Below are positions 28,144 through 42,000 of a stretch of DNA of 64,000 nt, piece after piece (the stretch's first letter is position 1; each line of letters starts with the position of its first letter). The stretch is from the human T2T-CHM13v2.0 reference genome, Homo sapiens. The DNA lies in assembly GCF_009914755.1 (NCBI RefSeq), contig NC_060925.1, one strand, 5' to 3'. A program made the position numbers and the translations under genes. A model generated the notes under the pieces. It worked only from the letters and a program-made list of their open reading frames with translations. It had not been told where the DNA came from and made no database searches.

Positions 28144-28523
28144 AGGGATCTTTCTGTTTCAGTTGTGGGCATCACTCTGAAAATCACACTTGCTAGAAGT
28201 GAGCATTTATATCTCTTCTCCACTGTAAATAAGTGCCTCTTAGTGACATGAGTGGAAAGACAAGAAGAATTGCAGTTCCTTCATTTTCTGTCTTAGCTCC
28301 CTGAGATGTATATGCTGTGCCTAAATTTGTGTTATAGTTTTCTCCTTTGATTTGACATTCCTTGATAGGCAGAGAGCACTTTTCTGTGCTCATATGTCAC
28401 ATCTCGCATCCTTTTCCCTTATAGAAAAACTCTTGTGTCTCCCATTTACCTTTCTATGAGGTCAGAGATTTAGATACTTTCCTAGACAATCAACTGGAGT
28501 ATTAACAAATTCAAGGAGTTCTC

Positions 28524-29056
28524 GCCATCCCATTACTGGATATATACCCAAAGAATTATAAATCGTGCTGCTATAAAGACACATGCACACGTATGTTTAT
28601 TGCGGCACTATTCACAATAGCAAAGAGTTGGAACCAGCCCAAATGTCCATCAATGATAGACTGGATTAAGAAAATGTGGCACATATACACCATGGAATAC
28701 TATTCAGCCATAAAAAAGGATGAGTTCATGTCCTTTGTAGGGACATGGATGAAGCTGGAAACCATCATTCTCAGCAAACTATTGCAAGGACAAAAAACCA
28801 AACACCGCATGTTCTCACTCATAGGTGGGAATTGAACAATGAGAACACTTGGACACAGGAAGGGGAACATCACAAACCGGGGCCTGTCGTGGGGTGGTGG
28901 GATGGGGGAGGGATAGCATTAGGAGATGTACCTAATGTAAATGACGAGTTAATGGGTGCAGCACACCAACATGGCACATATATACATATGTAACAAACCT
29001 GCATGTTGTGCACGTGTACCCTAGAACTTAAAGTATAATAATAATAATAGTAATAA
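28524..29056 (+). mobile_element. 5'-truncated L1PA with 17-bp TSD AAATTCAAGGAGTTCTC
   Basis: ORF2 C-terminus + 3'UTR + (TAA)n tail; perfect TSD at 28507-28523 and 29057-29073. Confidence 0.96.
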
Positions 29057-29749
29057 AAATTCAAGGAGTTCTCATCTCTGTAGTTTAAATAATAAGTGAC
29101 TTAGACTAATGACAACAAAAAGCCAGCCATGTGAATACCAAATTTACTAGTTCTGTGAGGATATTTTTTTCTCTTTCTCTTTCTGCCTCAAAGAATCTGC
29201 TTTGCTTCCCCTGCCATCATGATTTAGTTTTCAACCCGTCAGAGTCTTCCTGCTAGTGCTGGTACTTTCCTACTTGAGAAAGTCCATGGAATACCTTCGA
29301 GACCTCTGTCCTCCTGATGGCTTCTATTTCATTTGTTATATAGGGACCCAGAGTTCCTTCATCATTTTCAAACACATCAACAGATATTTATAGCAAGGCC
29401 ACAATTAATAAAATGTTTCCCAGAATATATGTGTGTGTTACATTTAGAGGAAACAGAAGTAGTATTGACTTGTTTCTATCACCAGAGGTCTATTTAGTAA
29501 CTATATTTTGTGGAAAATATCGATATATTTTATCCATTCAACAGACATGATTTGAGAGCATACCATGGAGACCCAACCCTGCCAGTGTGGCAGGTGGTAT
29601 AATAGAAGAAAATAGCAAACTTGGTGTATCTGTGTTTGCGCACATGTATGTATGTGAGGGGCACTAAGGATGACTTTACAGAGGTTGGAACTTTTGAGTA
29701 CAGTTGCCAAGATAGGGAGAGTTCACTAGGAAAACAGAAGGGAAGTTGA

Positions 29750-30042
<293 letters not shown>

Positions 30043-30403
30043 CAGAAGTTGATATTCAAACAGGAGCAGCATATGCAAAGACAGTGAGCTCTGAGAGAGT
30101 AGATGGATCCAGACTCCTATTGCTAATAGCGTCCTGCAGGATTGGGCTTCAATGTGACTAACCTACAATTGCCTCCAGGTGCTCCACCCACTGAGTCCTT
30201 GTGTCTCTGCTGAGGTCCTTGGAGAGTTACTGGAGAGGGCTCTGTGTCAGATTACCTTGAGGAGGCTCTGATTTAGCCTTTTGTAAAATGCAAAGAGTTG
30301 AGGTCTTCTCCACGCAAGAGCTCGCTGATGTCAATGAGGTATTGAGGATGGGGCCATCTCCTATTTCTGTGGCCAGTACTGAGTTTTGTTATCCTTCCTT
30401 TAG

Positions 30404-30739
30404 GTAAGGAGTGCCAATGGACCGATGCCTGCCTGTCTCATCTCTGTGCAAATGGAAGTACCTGTACCACTGTGGCCAACCAGTTCTCCTGCAAATGCCT
30501 CACAGGCTTCACAGGGCAGAAGTGTGAGACTGATGTCAATGAGTGTGACATTCCAGGACACTGCCAGCATGGTGGCACCTGCCTCAACCTGCCTGGTTCC
30601 TACCAGTGCCAGTGCCTTCAGGGCTTCACAGGCCAGTACTGTGACAGACTGTATGTGCCCTGTGCACACTCGCCTTGTGTCAATGGAGGCACCTGTCGGC
30701 AGACTGGTGACTTCACTTTTGAGTGCAACTGCCTTCCAG
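30404..30739 (+). CDS. NOTCH2NLR: NOTCH2NL exon 4 (EGF4, calcium-binding EGF5, most of EGF6): [15 protein letters not shown]...FECNCLP
   Basis: ctttag|GTAAGG acceptor, CCAG|gtaagg donor, 336 nt; DVNEC cbEGF motif; overlaps ORF 30472..30927. Confidence 0.97.
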
Positions 30740-30989
30740 GTAAGGAGCTCCCTAGTGTCCCAGGATTAGGGGACAAACCCCTAGCACAGGAGGTAGTGGG
30801 TGTGGCTCAATTGCATTTTTTAGGAAGCGCAAGGAAAAAGGGAAGTGAGAATTTTGTGTGGGGTGGGTTGCTAGTGAGGGAGGAGTTTTATGGGCCCACT
30901 GTGGTCCATAAACTGAGCAGGGGATAATTTAGCATGTCAGGGTTTATGATGATGAGTGGCTAGAAAATTGTTTATTGTCCCTTTTGTAG

Positions 30990-31063
30990 AAACAGTGAGA
31001 AATAAGAGGAACAGAGCTCTGGGAAAGAGACAGGCAAGTCTGGAATGGAAAAGAACACGATGA
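30990..31063 (+). CDS. NOTCH2NLR: NOTCH2NL-specific terminal exon 5 (exonised NOTCH2 intron 4), coding part [24 protein letters not shown]
   Basis: cttttgtag|AAACAG acceptor, phase 1, TGA at 31061-31063. Removing AATA (31001-31004) gives [25 protein letters not shown] (TAG 31068-31070), the NOTCH2NLA/B/C-type tail. Confidence 0.92.
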
Positions 31064-31096
31064 GAATTAGACACTGGAAAATATGTATGTGTGGTT

Positions 31097-31102
31097 AATA
31101 AA
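31097..31102 (+). terminator. Candidate polyadenylation signal AATAAA for exon 5
   Basis: Canonical hexamer 33 nt after the stop codon, with U/GU-rich sequence downstream. Confidence 0.5.
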
Positions 31103-33160
31103 GTGCTTTAAACTGAATTGACATTAACAGTAGGTGATCAACTTTACTATGTGCTTGTGCTTTTGCTTTTGATGGAGTAATTCATTGTTTTCTTATCCAC
31201 CTAAATGCACCCAGCTGCCCTTGATTTTCTCTGGGCTACTGGCCTTCACAACCCTCTCCCATGTACCCTCTCTGACTTTGGGGTAACCCTCCCCTAACTT
31301 AAAGCTAGAGAATTCTGAAACTGAGGAGGGGATCCTCTGTTAATCAGTGAGCACTTTTTGATGAGCTGATAGATGATATATGAGAGACTATGTGTGGCAC
31401 AATACTTTGTTACACTCTTCACTGATACAAGTGTTGTAGAGTGCACACACAACCCAAAGATAGAAATAAAAAGAGGAGCAGTGTCGGGGAGCTTGGGGCC
31501 TGGTGTTCCATGGAGAGGGAGAAAGGAACAAGCTTGGCCAATTCATTCAACTCCTTATAAAAATGATGAGGAGGCTGAAAACCAAGAATTTTGATTGGGA
31601 ACAGAATACAAGCAGCTGAAGCAGATGAATTACTAAGCAACAAAGATCCTGTTTTTATACAAATATCCTTAGTACAAAAACAAAAGAAGGAAAACTGTAG
31701 GAGGGAGTAATGTGCTAAGTAAGCAGAATTGCCTCAAAAAGAAGTTGTTCTAGTTACTCTTTCAGAGTGGGAATCTTAGATTCTGGTATTGTGGATATGG
31801 TTCACATATAATGGGATTGTGTGTTTTATTTTGGAGGGATTAAAGGTCATAGTTTGGTCCTCAGTATAAAATCAACTGGTAATTTATTCATTTCATTTGG
31901 TAAAAATGTATTGACTGCCTGCTATGTTCTAGGCACCATGCTATGTATTTGGAATACAGCTATACAAAGCATTGTCACATAATTGAAATGAAAATTTTAT
32001 ATTATTTAAGTCACAAGAACAAGCTATTTAATTATATTACTTTTAGTTTCTCTTTTAATAAAGAATAGATAATGCTATCATTCTAGATACTAAATAAGTA
32101 TTTTCTTAACATAATATTACTATCCACTTTATCTTGTAGAAGAAGTAACTAAAATACATCTGTCTTCACTCCTGTATTTGTTTGCATTTTAAGGGTTAAA
32201 GACAGAAATAGAAATGTAAACAACTTTATTTTGAAAATATTTCAACACTGCAAATATCTCTGGGTCTGATATTCTAGTAATCTAATTGGCTAGTAATTGA
32301 TGTTAGTGTGATTTATTGTTGAAGGCTAAATGTGTTTTTCAGTTTCAAGAAAATTGCTTTTAATAATTGCCTAGAACAAGAGGTTGATTTGGCAGCAAGA
32401 TGTTGACGGGAAGTTAGAGAAGTCAATAAAGGAAGTTTTTAGCTGAGAGAGAGTGATTATTCACTCCCATAGCCTCTGCATTGTTATCCATTAGCCACGA
32501 TAAGAACCTTAGGGAATTCTGAGAGTGTGTCCAGGAAAGGATCTGTCAAACTAGAATAGTATCTCCTCCTTGAGAAAGGAAATAACCAAGGATTCCGCAG
32601 CTGAGAGGCTGCCAGGGCTAGTGAAATAGAGTAAGGAAATCTTGGCTGTCTCTTATTCTCTGGTTGTAGTTTAACGCAAGACACTTATTTACTCACTGAT
32701 GGTGTGTGTGTGTGTGGGAGGGGAGATTAGCATGAGGGGTGGGAATGGGGAGATTTGATGAAGAGAAAACTAACATTTTTTTGGTGACTCAGGAACTGTG
32801 CCAGGTACTTCCATGCTTATTAGCTCAATTACACAAAAATCTTGGGACCAGGTATTATTTTTCAAGTCTTCCCACATGAAGTAACTGAAGTTTGGAGATG
32901 TTAAGTGATTCACCCAAAGTTGTACAGCTAATATGTGGTTAGGCTGGGTCCTGAAACCGAGGCAGTTTATTTTCAAAGCCTTTGCTTTGTGCATCTTACT
33001 GCGCCACATTGCACTGCACATCTGCTTCCTGAAAGCACTTTGTAGGTGTGTAAAACTTTTCGTTAAATGCTTTAAGCTGTTTGGGTTAAAAATATATGTT
33101 CATGTTATAAGAAAACCAAGACACTCCTAATTATAATCAAATAGTACTTGTTACATATCA

Positions 33161-33163
<3 letters not shown>

Positions 33164-33192
<29 letters not shown>
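33164..33192. repeat. (GT)n microsatellite
   Basis: Seen directly. Confidence 0.95.
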
Positions 33193-33197
<5 letters not shown>

Positions 33198-35743
33198 CCG
33201 TTGTGCAGATGTTTAAAAGTAGTTACATAGACTAGTTCTTGCTTTTCAGGGTCCCATAATCTAAACCAGATGACTTCAGCTTTGGATAAATATATAGAAG
33301 GAAATTTAAAGAGAATTCAAAACAATAGATGATGCAGTGACACTGTGAATAAATGTTATTTATACAGTTTGTAAGATTTCATGCTCATTGTTCGTATGTC
33401 CCAGGTGGAGTTCAGAAAATATTCACTTCATTTCCACAAAGGGAAATAGTGCCTAGAGATGGTTTTCTTTTAAAAAGTCCTTTTCATAATGCAGTGCCCT
33501 TCCTTCCATTGCCCTTCATTCCATTGCTTCCCATGCTTGTCAAGAGACTAAAATGTTACTTATAGTAATAGTCACTATCTCAATGTAAATAGCACCCTTA
33601 TTTGATGAGAATTATTATTTCAGTTCTAAAAATGGGGAAGCAAAGTCAGCAGGAGGCAAAGTAGCTTGTTAAAGTATTCTGCAACTTTCAAATGGTTGCT
33701 TCCACTGCATTTCACGTCTTGGCACTTCTAATTGAGGGTTACTCTAACCACCCTATTTAAAATTGTAACTGTCCCCCACCCCCTTAATTACTAACCCTGG
33801 TCTACTTTTTGTTTTCTTTTTCTGTAACTCTTATCTTCTTACTATATAATTTATACTATATAATTTACTTCATTATGTCTATTGTTTATTGTCTGTCTTT
33901 TCCAAATTCTACTGCCTCTTACCCTCTCCAGAATGAAAACTAGTATCTTTGTTTTTGTTTACTGATGTAACCCAAACACCTACAAACAGTGCCCAGTATA
34001 TACTAGGCCCGCAAATATATATTGGCTGACTGACTGTATGGTTTAGTATCATGTCATAGTATTGAGACTGTAACTTTGGTCTTCTCATTTTCTTCTTTGT
34101 ATTGTGCGTCCTAGACTTAGTTTGGCCTCTCCTTCTGTCCTTGTATACTCTAATACTGGATAAGAATTTTGGAGTCTTTTTCAACTCTGAGTCAGTGAAT
34201 GCCACATAACTTAGTGACTATATTTAAATGGTTAATTTACAATTTTTTCCCTGCAAAGGATACTGTAGTCACTGTGAGTATTTTAGTATTATTGTAGGAC
34301 TCAAGAGGGAATTAAAACTACAAAAATGACTCGTCTTGTATGACACAGAAAGAAATGTTTCTTCACAGAGGGAGGAGAAAAATATCTTCAAGAGAGAACT
34401 AATTGAATCAAATCAATGAACCATGTCTCATCTTTTTGGATAAGTAACTGTTAGTAATCCAGACACTTCATGAGCTTTCATTATGTAAAGTCTTTAGCAG
34501 AAGCTAAAGGAGGGGCACCAACCACAGTAATTTTAACTTAAGAACAAAATGGAGCATGAAAATAAATTATTAAATCATTTACTCCCACTATTTTTGGGTT
34601 AGGGCCAATAATGGGGAGAGAAAGAGGTAGACTAGTTTTGTGTTTGTGGCTATTTTAATAGAGTAGCACAAGTAATCAAAAAACAGTAGGCTGTTTTGAA
34701 TTTACTGGCTGTCCCTTATGAGTTCACAGTTAGATTGGACTGTCCTCAATGTACTTTCTTTTTTTTCTTTCTTTCCCACATCTCTTTATTTCTCTGATTT
34801 TGTTTAAACTTCATAAAGAGCTCTCTGATCTTTCCTTTCCAAACAATGAAGGTTTATCCTTTGTAAACTACCTCTGTACTCCACAGGCTGATGATATATG
34901 ATATCCCTATATCATTAAAGTAAAGCCTAAGCACATTCTGTGGCTTTTGTGTCTACTCTGTTGTTGCTGAGCTTATGAACTATTAGAAATAATTCCCTCT
35001 TGCATTTTCACACATGGGGAATGTGATGTTCTCTTGGGTATTATGCTAATCATATTTTGGCAGGTTTCTCTGAAGCAGATGCAGAAATGATCATACCACT
35101 TTCCAGGGTGTATTATTTTAGCTCCTTTGACTTGGGCCCTAAGTCTGTTTTACCTGATGTTCCTGAAAGATGTTCCTGATGTCCCTCACTGTTCTTTCAT
35201 GCTGGATGTTCTTGCCTATGCTGCCTCCTCAGCTATCACCCTCTCTTCCCCTTTTTAATGTAGAACTCATTCTTAATGATTTGTCAAAGGCACCCTATTT
35301 CACTGAAATGCCTTCTATATTCCCTACCCTCCAAGTGGATTGTAGACCTTCTAAGGTCTTTTGACATCTGCATATCTCTAGCACAGCACTTATCACGGTG
35401 ATTATTTATCTGTTCATCTTTCCAAGTAGACACTCTCATTTTAACTCCCTACCCTAGTCGCCAGCATCCCCAGCATAGTGCCTGTCATAAAATGGTGCCA
35501 CAATGAAAATTTGAAAAATGAATGAATTGAACGTGATAAACATAGATGAGAATCCTATATTCTACAATTTTTTAAATGTACTGAAATTATTCTTTTTGAA
35601 TCCTCCTATTTATTTCTGTGACTTCTTTGGTGACAAAGTTAGAAAAAAGTGGAGGTCAGTAGGGAGATATGAAGGGACGCAGGTGGAAGCAGTGAGCCTG
35701 GGCGGGTGATGGAGTGGGCGATACGTGGCACAGGGGTCAGTGA

Positions 35744-36200
<457 letters not shown>

Positions 36201-37209
36201 TGATCGTATATTTGCAGGTTTGCTTTTGTGACAGACTTCTTCTGGGGGAAAAAAAGTATCCTTCTATCTTTTTACTTTTGTCCAGTTCCAGGTATCCCTG
36301 TTTTTTTCTTCACTCTTCCTTCCTTGTTCATGGGAGTTTTTCTTGAGGACTTCAAGCCCAGCTTCGGAGAATCCTGGTTGTGTCATCTCATCTCCTTTCT
36401 GCTCTCTTCTCTACCTAGCCTTTCCACCCTCACACCTCCCGGGGTCTGAAAATGGAAAGATAAGGGTGTTTCCCTGAAAGTTGCTCTTCTGTGTGGGGAT
36501 GACAGGTTCTAAAGACTCTTTTCTGGTCCCTGCCCTCATTGCCATGATTAATCAGTTAAGTGGCCCGAGGTTTTGTAACAGCACAGTCTTAAAATGCTTC
36601 TCCCAAGTTTAATTTCTCTCCATTTGACCTTTTAAGGATGTGAATTGGCTTTAAGCAGTAGACTCCCTTTAGTACGGCACTGTGAGCCTCTCAGTGAATC
36701 TGCTACATCCATTCCACCCACGGGTCTGGAAACTTGTCTGTTTACCTTTCCCTAAAAACCTAAGATATATTTTTAAGAAGTGCCTTGTAACTTTTCATAT
36801 AGCCTTTCCCCTACTTTGGGTAGACTGTTTCTTACAGGAATTTGGTAGATCTTTCCAAAGAGAATTCTGTATCTCTATTTTTAAAGCATAAATCCTGTCA
36901 ACTTTGGAGGAGAACTGATTTGGCTTGAGTCTTCTCAGACATGGGAACTTTTGACCTAAGTTTGTATTTTACATTGTTGAAAGGGAACTCCGGGATCCCA
37001 GAAAACATATGGACTGCAATTGGGTAAAGTTTCTGTTTCAGTACTTATTCCTACTTACTAGCCGTTTAATCTTGGTCAAGTCAGCCATGTGGCTCTCAAC
37101 TTCCTCATCTGTAACATAAAAGGATTAGAGTAGACAATCTCTAACAAATGCTATAATACCACTGACAAATAATAATATTAGCTAATATGTGTAAGGCACT
37201 GTGTTTAGT

Positions 37210-38460
37210 GCTTTTTCCCTTAATACAATAGCTTTGAGATATAATTTATATACCATACAATTTACTTCTTAAAAAAGTACACAATTCAGTAATTTTAGTA
37301 GATAGGAGTAACCATCACCACAGTCAATTCTAGAATATTTTTATACATCAGAAGAAACCCTTTACCCATTATCAATTACTCTCCATTCCTCCTAACTCCC
37401 TCCCAGCCCTAGGCAACTACTAGTCTACTTTCTGTCTTTATTTGCCTCTTCTGGACATTTCATACAAATGGAAACATGCAGCATGTAGTAATTTATGACA
37501 GCTTCTTTCACTTAGCATGAGGTTTTCAAAGTTCATTGATGTGGTAGCATTTATCAGTACTCTGTGCCTTTTTATGGCTGAATAATATTTTATCATATGG
37601 ATTTACCACATTTTATCATTTTATTTATCCATCATCAGTTGATTGACATTTGAGTTGCTTCTACTTTTTGAGTATTATCAATAATTCTGTTATGAACATT
37701 CTTGTATAATTTTTTGGTAAACATTTATCTTCATATTTCTTGGATATATACCTAGGAGCAGAATTGCTGCCTCAGATGGTAATGCTGTTTAACCTTTTCA
37801 GGAACTGTCAGACTGTTCTGAAGTGGGTACATTATTTTACATTCCAACCAGCAGTGTATGAGAATTCCAGTTTCTCCACATCCTCATCAACAGTTGTTAT
37901 TGTCTGTCTTTTTTATTATATTCATCTGTAATGTGAAGTGTTTATCTCATTGTGGTTTTGATTTACATTTCCCTGATGGTTGATGATTTTCAACATCTTT
38001 TCATATACTTATTAGTCATTATGTATCTTCTTTGGAGAATGTCTGTTCAGATCCTTTACCTACTTTATAATTGGTTTATCTTTTTAATATTGAACTGTAA
38101 TAGTTTTTAAAAAATATATCCTAAATACAAGTCTCTTATCAGATAATATGATTTGCAGATATTTTCTGTCATTCTATGTACTGTCTTTTCACATTCTTGA
38201 TGATATACTTTTCAGCCCAAATGTTTTTAACTTGATGGAATACAATTTATTTTTTCTTTTGTTGCTTGTGCTTTCAGTCATATTTGTGAAAACTTTGCTT
38301 ATCCCACATTACAAAGATTTACTATTTCTAAGTGATTTATAATTTTACCACCTACCTTTAGGTCTCTGATCCATTTTGAGTTAATTTTTATGTGCGAGGA
38401 GGGAGTCTAACTTGATTCTTTTACATGTGGATATTTAGTTGTCCCAGGACCATTTGTTGA
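37210..38460 (-). mobile_element. Old L1M (L1MB-like) 3' fragment
   Basis: Typical reverse L1M 3' motifs (ctggacatttcatacaaatgg, ggatatatacctaggagcagaattgctg). Confidence 0.85.
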
Positions 38461-38790
38461 ATTAAGTGCCCAGAACAAGTACATCTATATATAGAGAAAG
38501 TAGATTAGTGGTTGTCAGAGACTGCAAGAAGTGGGGAATTGGAGAGTGACTGCCCATAGGTACAGGCATGCTTTTTGGCATTATGAAAATATACTGGAAT
38601 TAGGTAGTGGTGATGGTTGCAGAACTTTTGGAATATGGTAAAAGACACTGAAATATATGCTTAAAAATGGTGATTTTTGTGATATATGAATTATACTATA
38701 GAACTAATAATAACAGTAATAAAGCAAGGTGTCTTTCCACATCTCCATGCCTTGTATTTTCATTAAAAAAAAAAAAAAAAAGCATTTCAG

Positions 38791-39094
38791 GGCCAGGCTC
38801 AGTGGTTTACTCCTGTAATCCCAGCACTTTTGGAGGCCTAGGTGGGAGGATCGCTTGAGGCCAGAAGTTCAAAACCAGCCTGAGCAACATAGCAAGACCT
38901 TGTCTCCATGAAAAATAAAAAACTAGCCAGAAATGGTGATGTGTGCCTAGAGTTCCAACTACTTGGAAAGCTGAGGCAGGAGGATCGCTTGAGCCTAGGA
39001 GTTCAAGGTTGCAGTGATCTATAATCACCACTGCACTCCAGCCTGGGTGACAGAACAAGACCCTGTCTCAAAAAAAAAAAAAAAAAAAAAAAAA
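38791..39094 (+). mobile_element. AluJ
   Basis: Full dimer with long A tail. Confidence 0.92.
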
Positions 39095-42000
39095 GGCATC
39101 TCACTTTAATAGTAAGAGGCCAGAATATGATGCTGGTAGCATGTTGTGAGGAAATGTATTAGATGAAAGAAGTTAAATTCCAGTTCTCCTTTTTTCAGAA
39201 ATGAGGTATAGGGGAGAGAAACACGTACTTGGAAAGAATTGACCCAGCTGAATTGGAAAATGTGGGAAGGGGATGGGGAAGAGGCTGCTCCACCTGAGAT
39301 CTGGCTCCAGGACTTACAGCAAGGGGAACTTGGGCAAGTTACAGACTGTCTATGCCTCAGTTTCTTTATCAGCAAAACAGAATCATCCCATAAACTATAA
39401 GGTCGATGGTATCAGCGGGTCCCCAAACTGACTGCACATCTGAGTCATGTTAACAAACACATTCCAGGCCCCACCTGAGCCCTCTGAATGAGAATCCCTG
39501 TAAGGAGGACGATGAACTTGAATTTGCACTGACTTTCCCAGCTGTTTCTTACTCTGATCAACTTGGGGGTAGGACCCATTGAGCTGCATCACATCATTCC
39601 AAAGCCAAAACACAACAGCAGGACAAGAAGATTTTCAAGGCAGTCTCTAAAGCAGAGGAGAAACTGTTGAGTGAACCTAGAAGTAAAGGAGATCTGGCTT
39701 GCTGGACTCCATTTGAACTTTGAGTACAACAGAGACATGAGCCCTTCGGGACACATGCCTGAGGTAGTGACAGTCCAACTTTGGAAGAGTGGAAGCCCTA
39801 GTTTCAAATTCAAGCATGCTTTGAATATAAATTAAGTTTACCTCTTTTTGCACAGCAACATGGCCAATCTTTCCTAAGCTGCTCAGCTTACAAGAAAAGG
39901 AATCATACTGCTAAGAATTCAAACTTCAGCAGTCATAGGTAAGTAAGGAAGTCTTATAAACCTATTCTAGCCACCTAACTAGAAACTCGAAATTTAACAG
40001 GTTCTTTCAGTTTCAGGACAGTTGTGTTCACTAGATCAGAGGCATTGAGACATGAAGAACAGACCCTTAAAAAGGGAAAGTGTTCCCTTCAGTTTGAGGA
40101 CATCACTGGAACATTAGGGAAGTGGGAACACAGCTGCTCACTCTACAGTGTGGGTTGCCTTTGTGTCTGGAATGTGTCTGACGTCCTGATCCCTGTGCAC
40201 ATTTCAGGGAGCCTTGGGAGGACCCCGAATCACTGATGGAATTGGGCAGTGCATGGAGATGGCTCAGCAGGATGAGGGTAAATGCAGGGGCAAGTCCAGG
40301 TCATACTGAGAGACAATGAGTGGCGCTGATGAGGACAAAGATAAAATCAAAAGTTTGTGCTTCATCTTCAAAAACTCAAGCTGATAACAAACTTGGCCTG
40401 ATGAGAAATAATAAGTATTTTTCTATTTACATGAGAATTTAATCTCAAAACAGAAATCAGAAAAATATGAAGTCCAGGGCATAAAACCTAAAACTATTGC
40501 TCATATTTATTCTTTCTAAATAGAGCAAAGTGTAAAATCTTCTCCATAAGACATACATTGTGGTTATAAAAAGGCAAAAGTCTTAGTGAGAATCATTGGT
40601 ATTCCATAGAAGAGTGAATTAAACACAGCCAAGGGAAGACCCATGTCTCATACTTCTCTTGTATATTCCAAAGTTCCAGGGAAATTCCAGGTGATAGAGG
40701 TTATTTCCCATACTGTTAAAGCAAGGTTTCAGACACTTCTGAATTTTGGTCCCAGTACTCTAGAAGGGCACACCTCTGTCCTGGAAAATAATACAGGAAT
40801 GAATACTCTTCCCGTGACCCATTCTGGTCATTCTTCCAGCATCACAAAAACCAAAAAATGGAAATATGGCCAAATACGTGATTAGCTGTCCCTCATCTTC
40901 AGGTTTCTTATCTGTTACTTGTAGATAATAGCATTACCTTAAGGATTATGATGAAGATACAATGTCCAAATATAAACACAGTTTTGAGCAAAATGCCTTG
41001 TACGAATTGGTCAATGAATAATTACTAAATATGTGAATATTTACTGGATTGTATGGATCCTATGAATAATTACTGAATAATTATTGTGATTGCTTTTATT
41101 GGCAGTGCTGAAAACTCATCCCTTTGTGACCTCAAGTAACCCATGACACTTTGTGAACCTGCAGTTTTTTCATTTAGAAACTTGACAGATTTTCATTCTG
41201 ACACAGAATGTCAGGTCTCCCAGACCCTAGAAAATACATTGACTTAAAGCCTTTGATACATCTCAAAGCAGTATCCTTACAGTGTCACTGGAAGATGGTG
41301 CGGGCTGCAGAGAGGGATGCTTTCAAATGGGATTAACCAGTCCTCCTTCCTTCACTTCCACATGAATGCTGGGCAGCCCAGGGTCAACCCACTGCACCCT
41401 CAACTCAGGCAAGTCCAGCAGCCAATCTTAGGAGACCTGGGCTACAGAACAGTCTCTCAAGTTCCAGGCTCACAAAACGTAGGTGGGGATGAAAGCTGAG
41501 AAAGCGAAGAGGTGGTTCAGAGGATCACTGTTTCCTACTTGTTCCTCTCACCTCAAACTCACCTTCTACTGCACAGCAACACTGAGGATCGCCAACCAAC
41601 CCTGACCATAACCTTGATCTTGCCATGTTCTGTTAGTGGAATGCAACCCAAAATCAATGGTGTTAGGTCATCTCAACAAAATATATATCAAACCATATTC
41701 CATAAGAACTGCTCGTGGCCCTGTTCTTTTCAGTATATGGGAAAACAAAATGGAAACAACAAAATAGTATCAGGTTTACAAAACTTCCCAAGATAGATGG
41801 TCACACATGTTTTCAGGAGACCTCTATATAAATGATTTGATCACTTGATACCTTGAAAAGAGGTCTTGTGGCACTAGAATGACATCTATAAGTGACAAGT
41901 TTAAAATGTAGTGCTCAGTGACATTAAAAAACACATCAACCCACATAGAGGAAGAGCTTTGGACGTAGGGATGTCAAACTGGTCTAGAATGTAATGAAAA

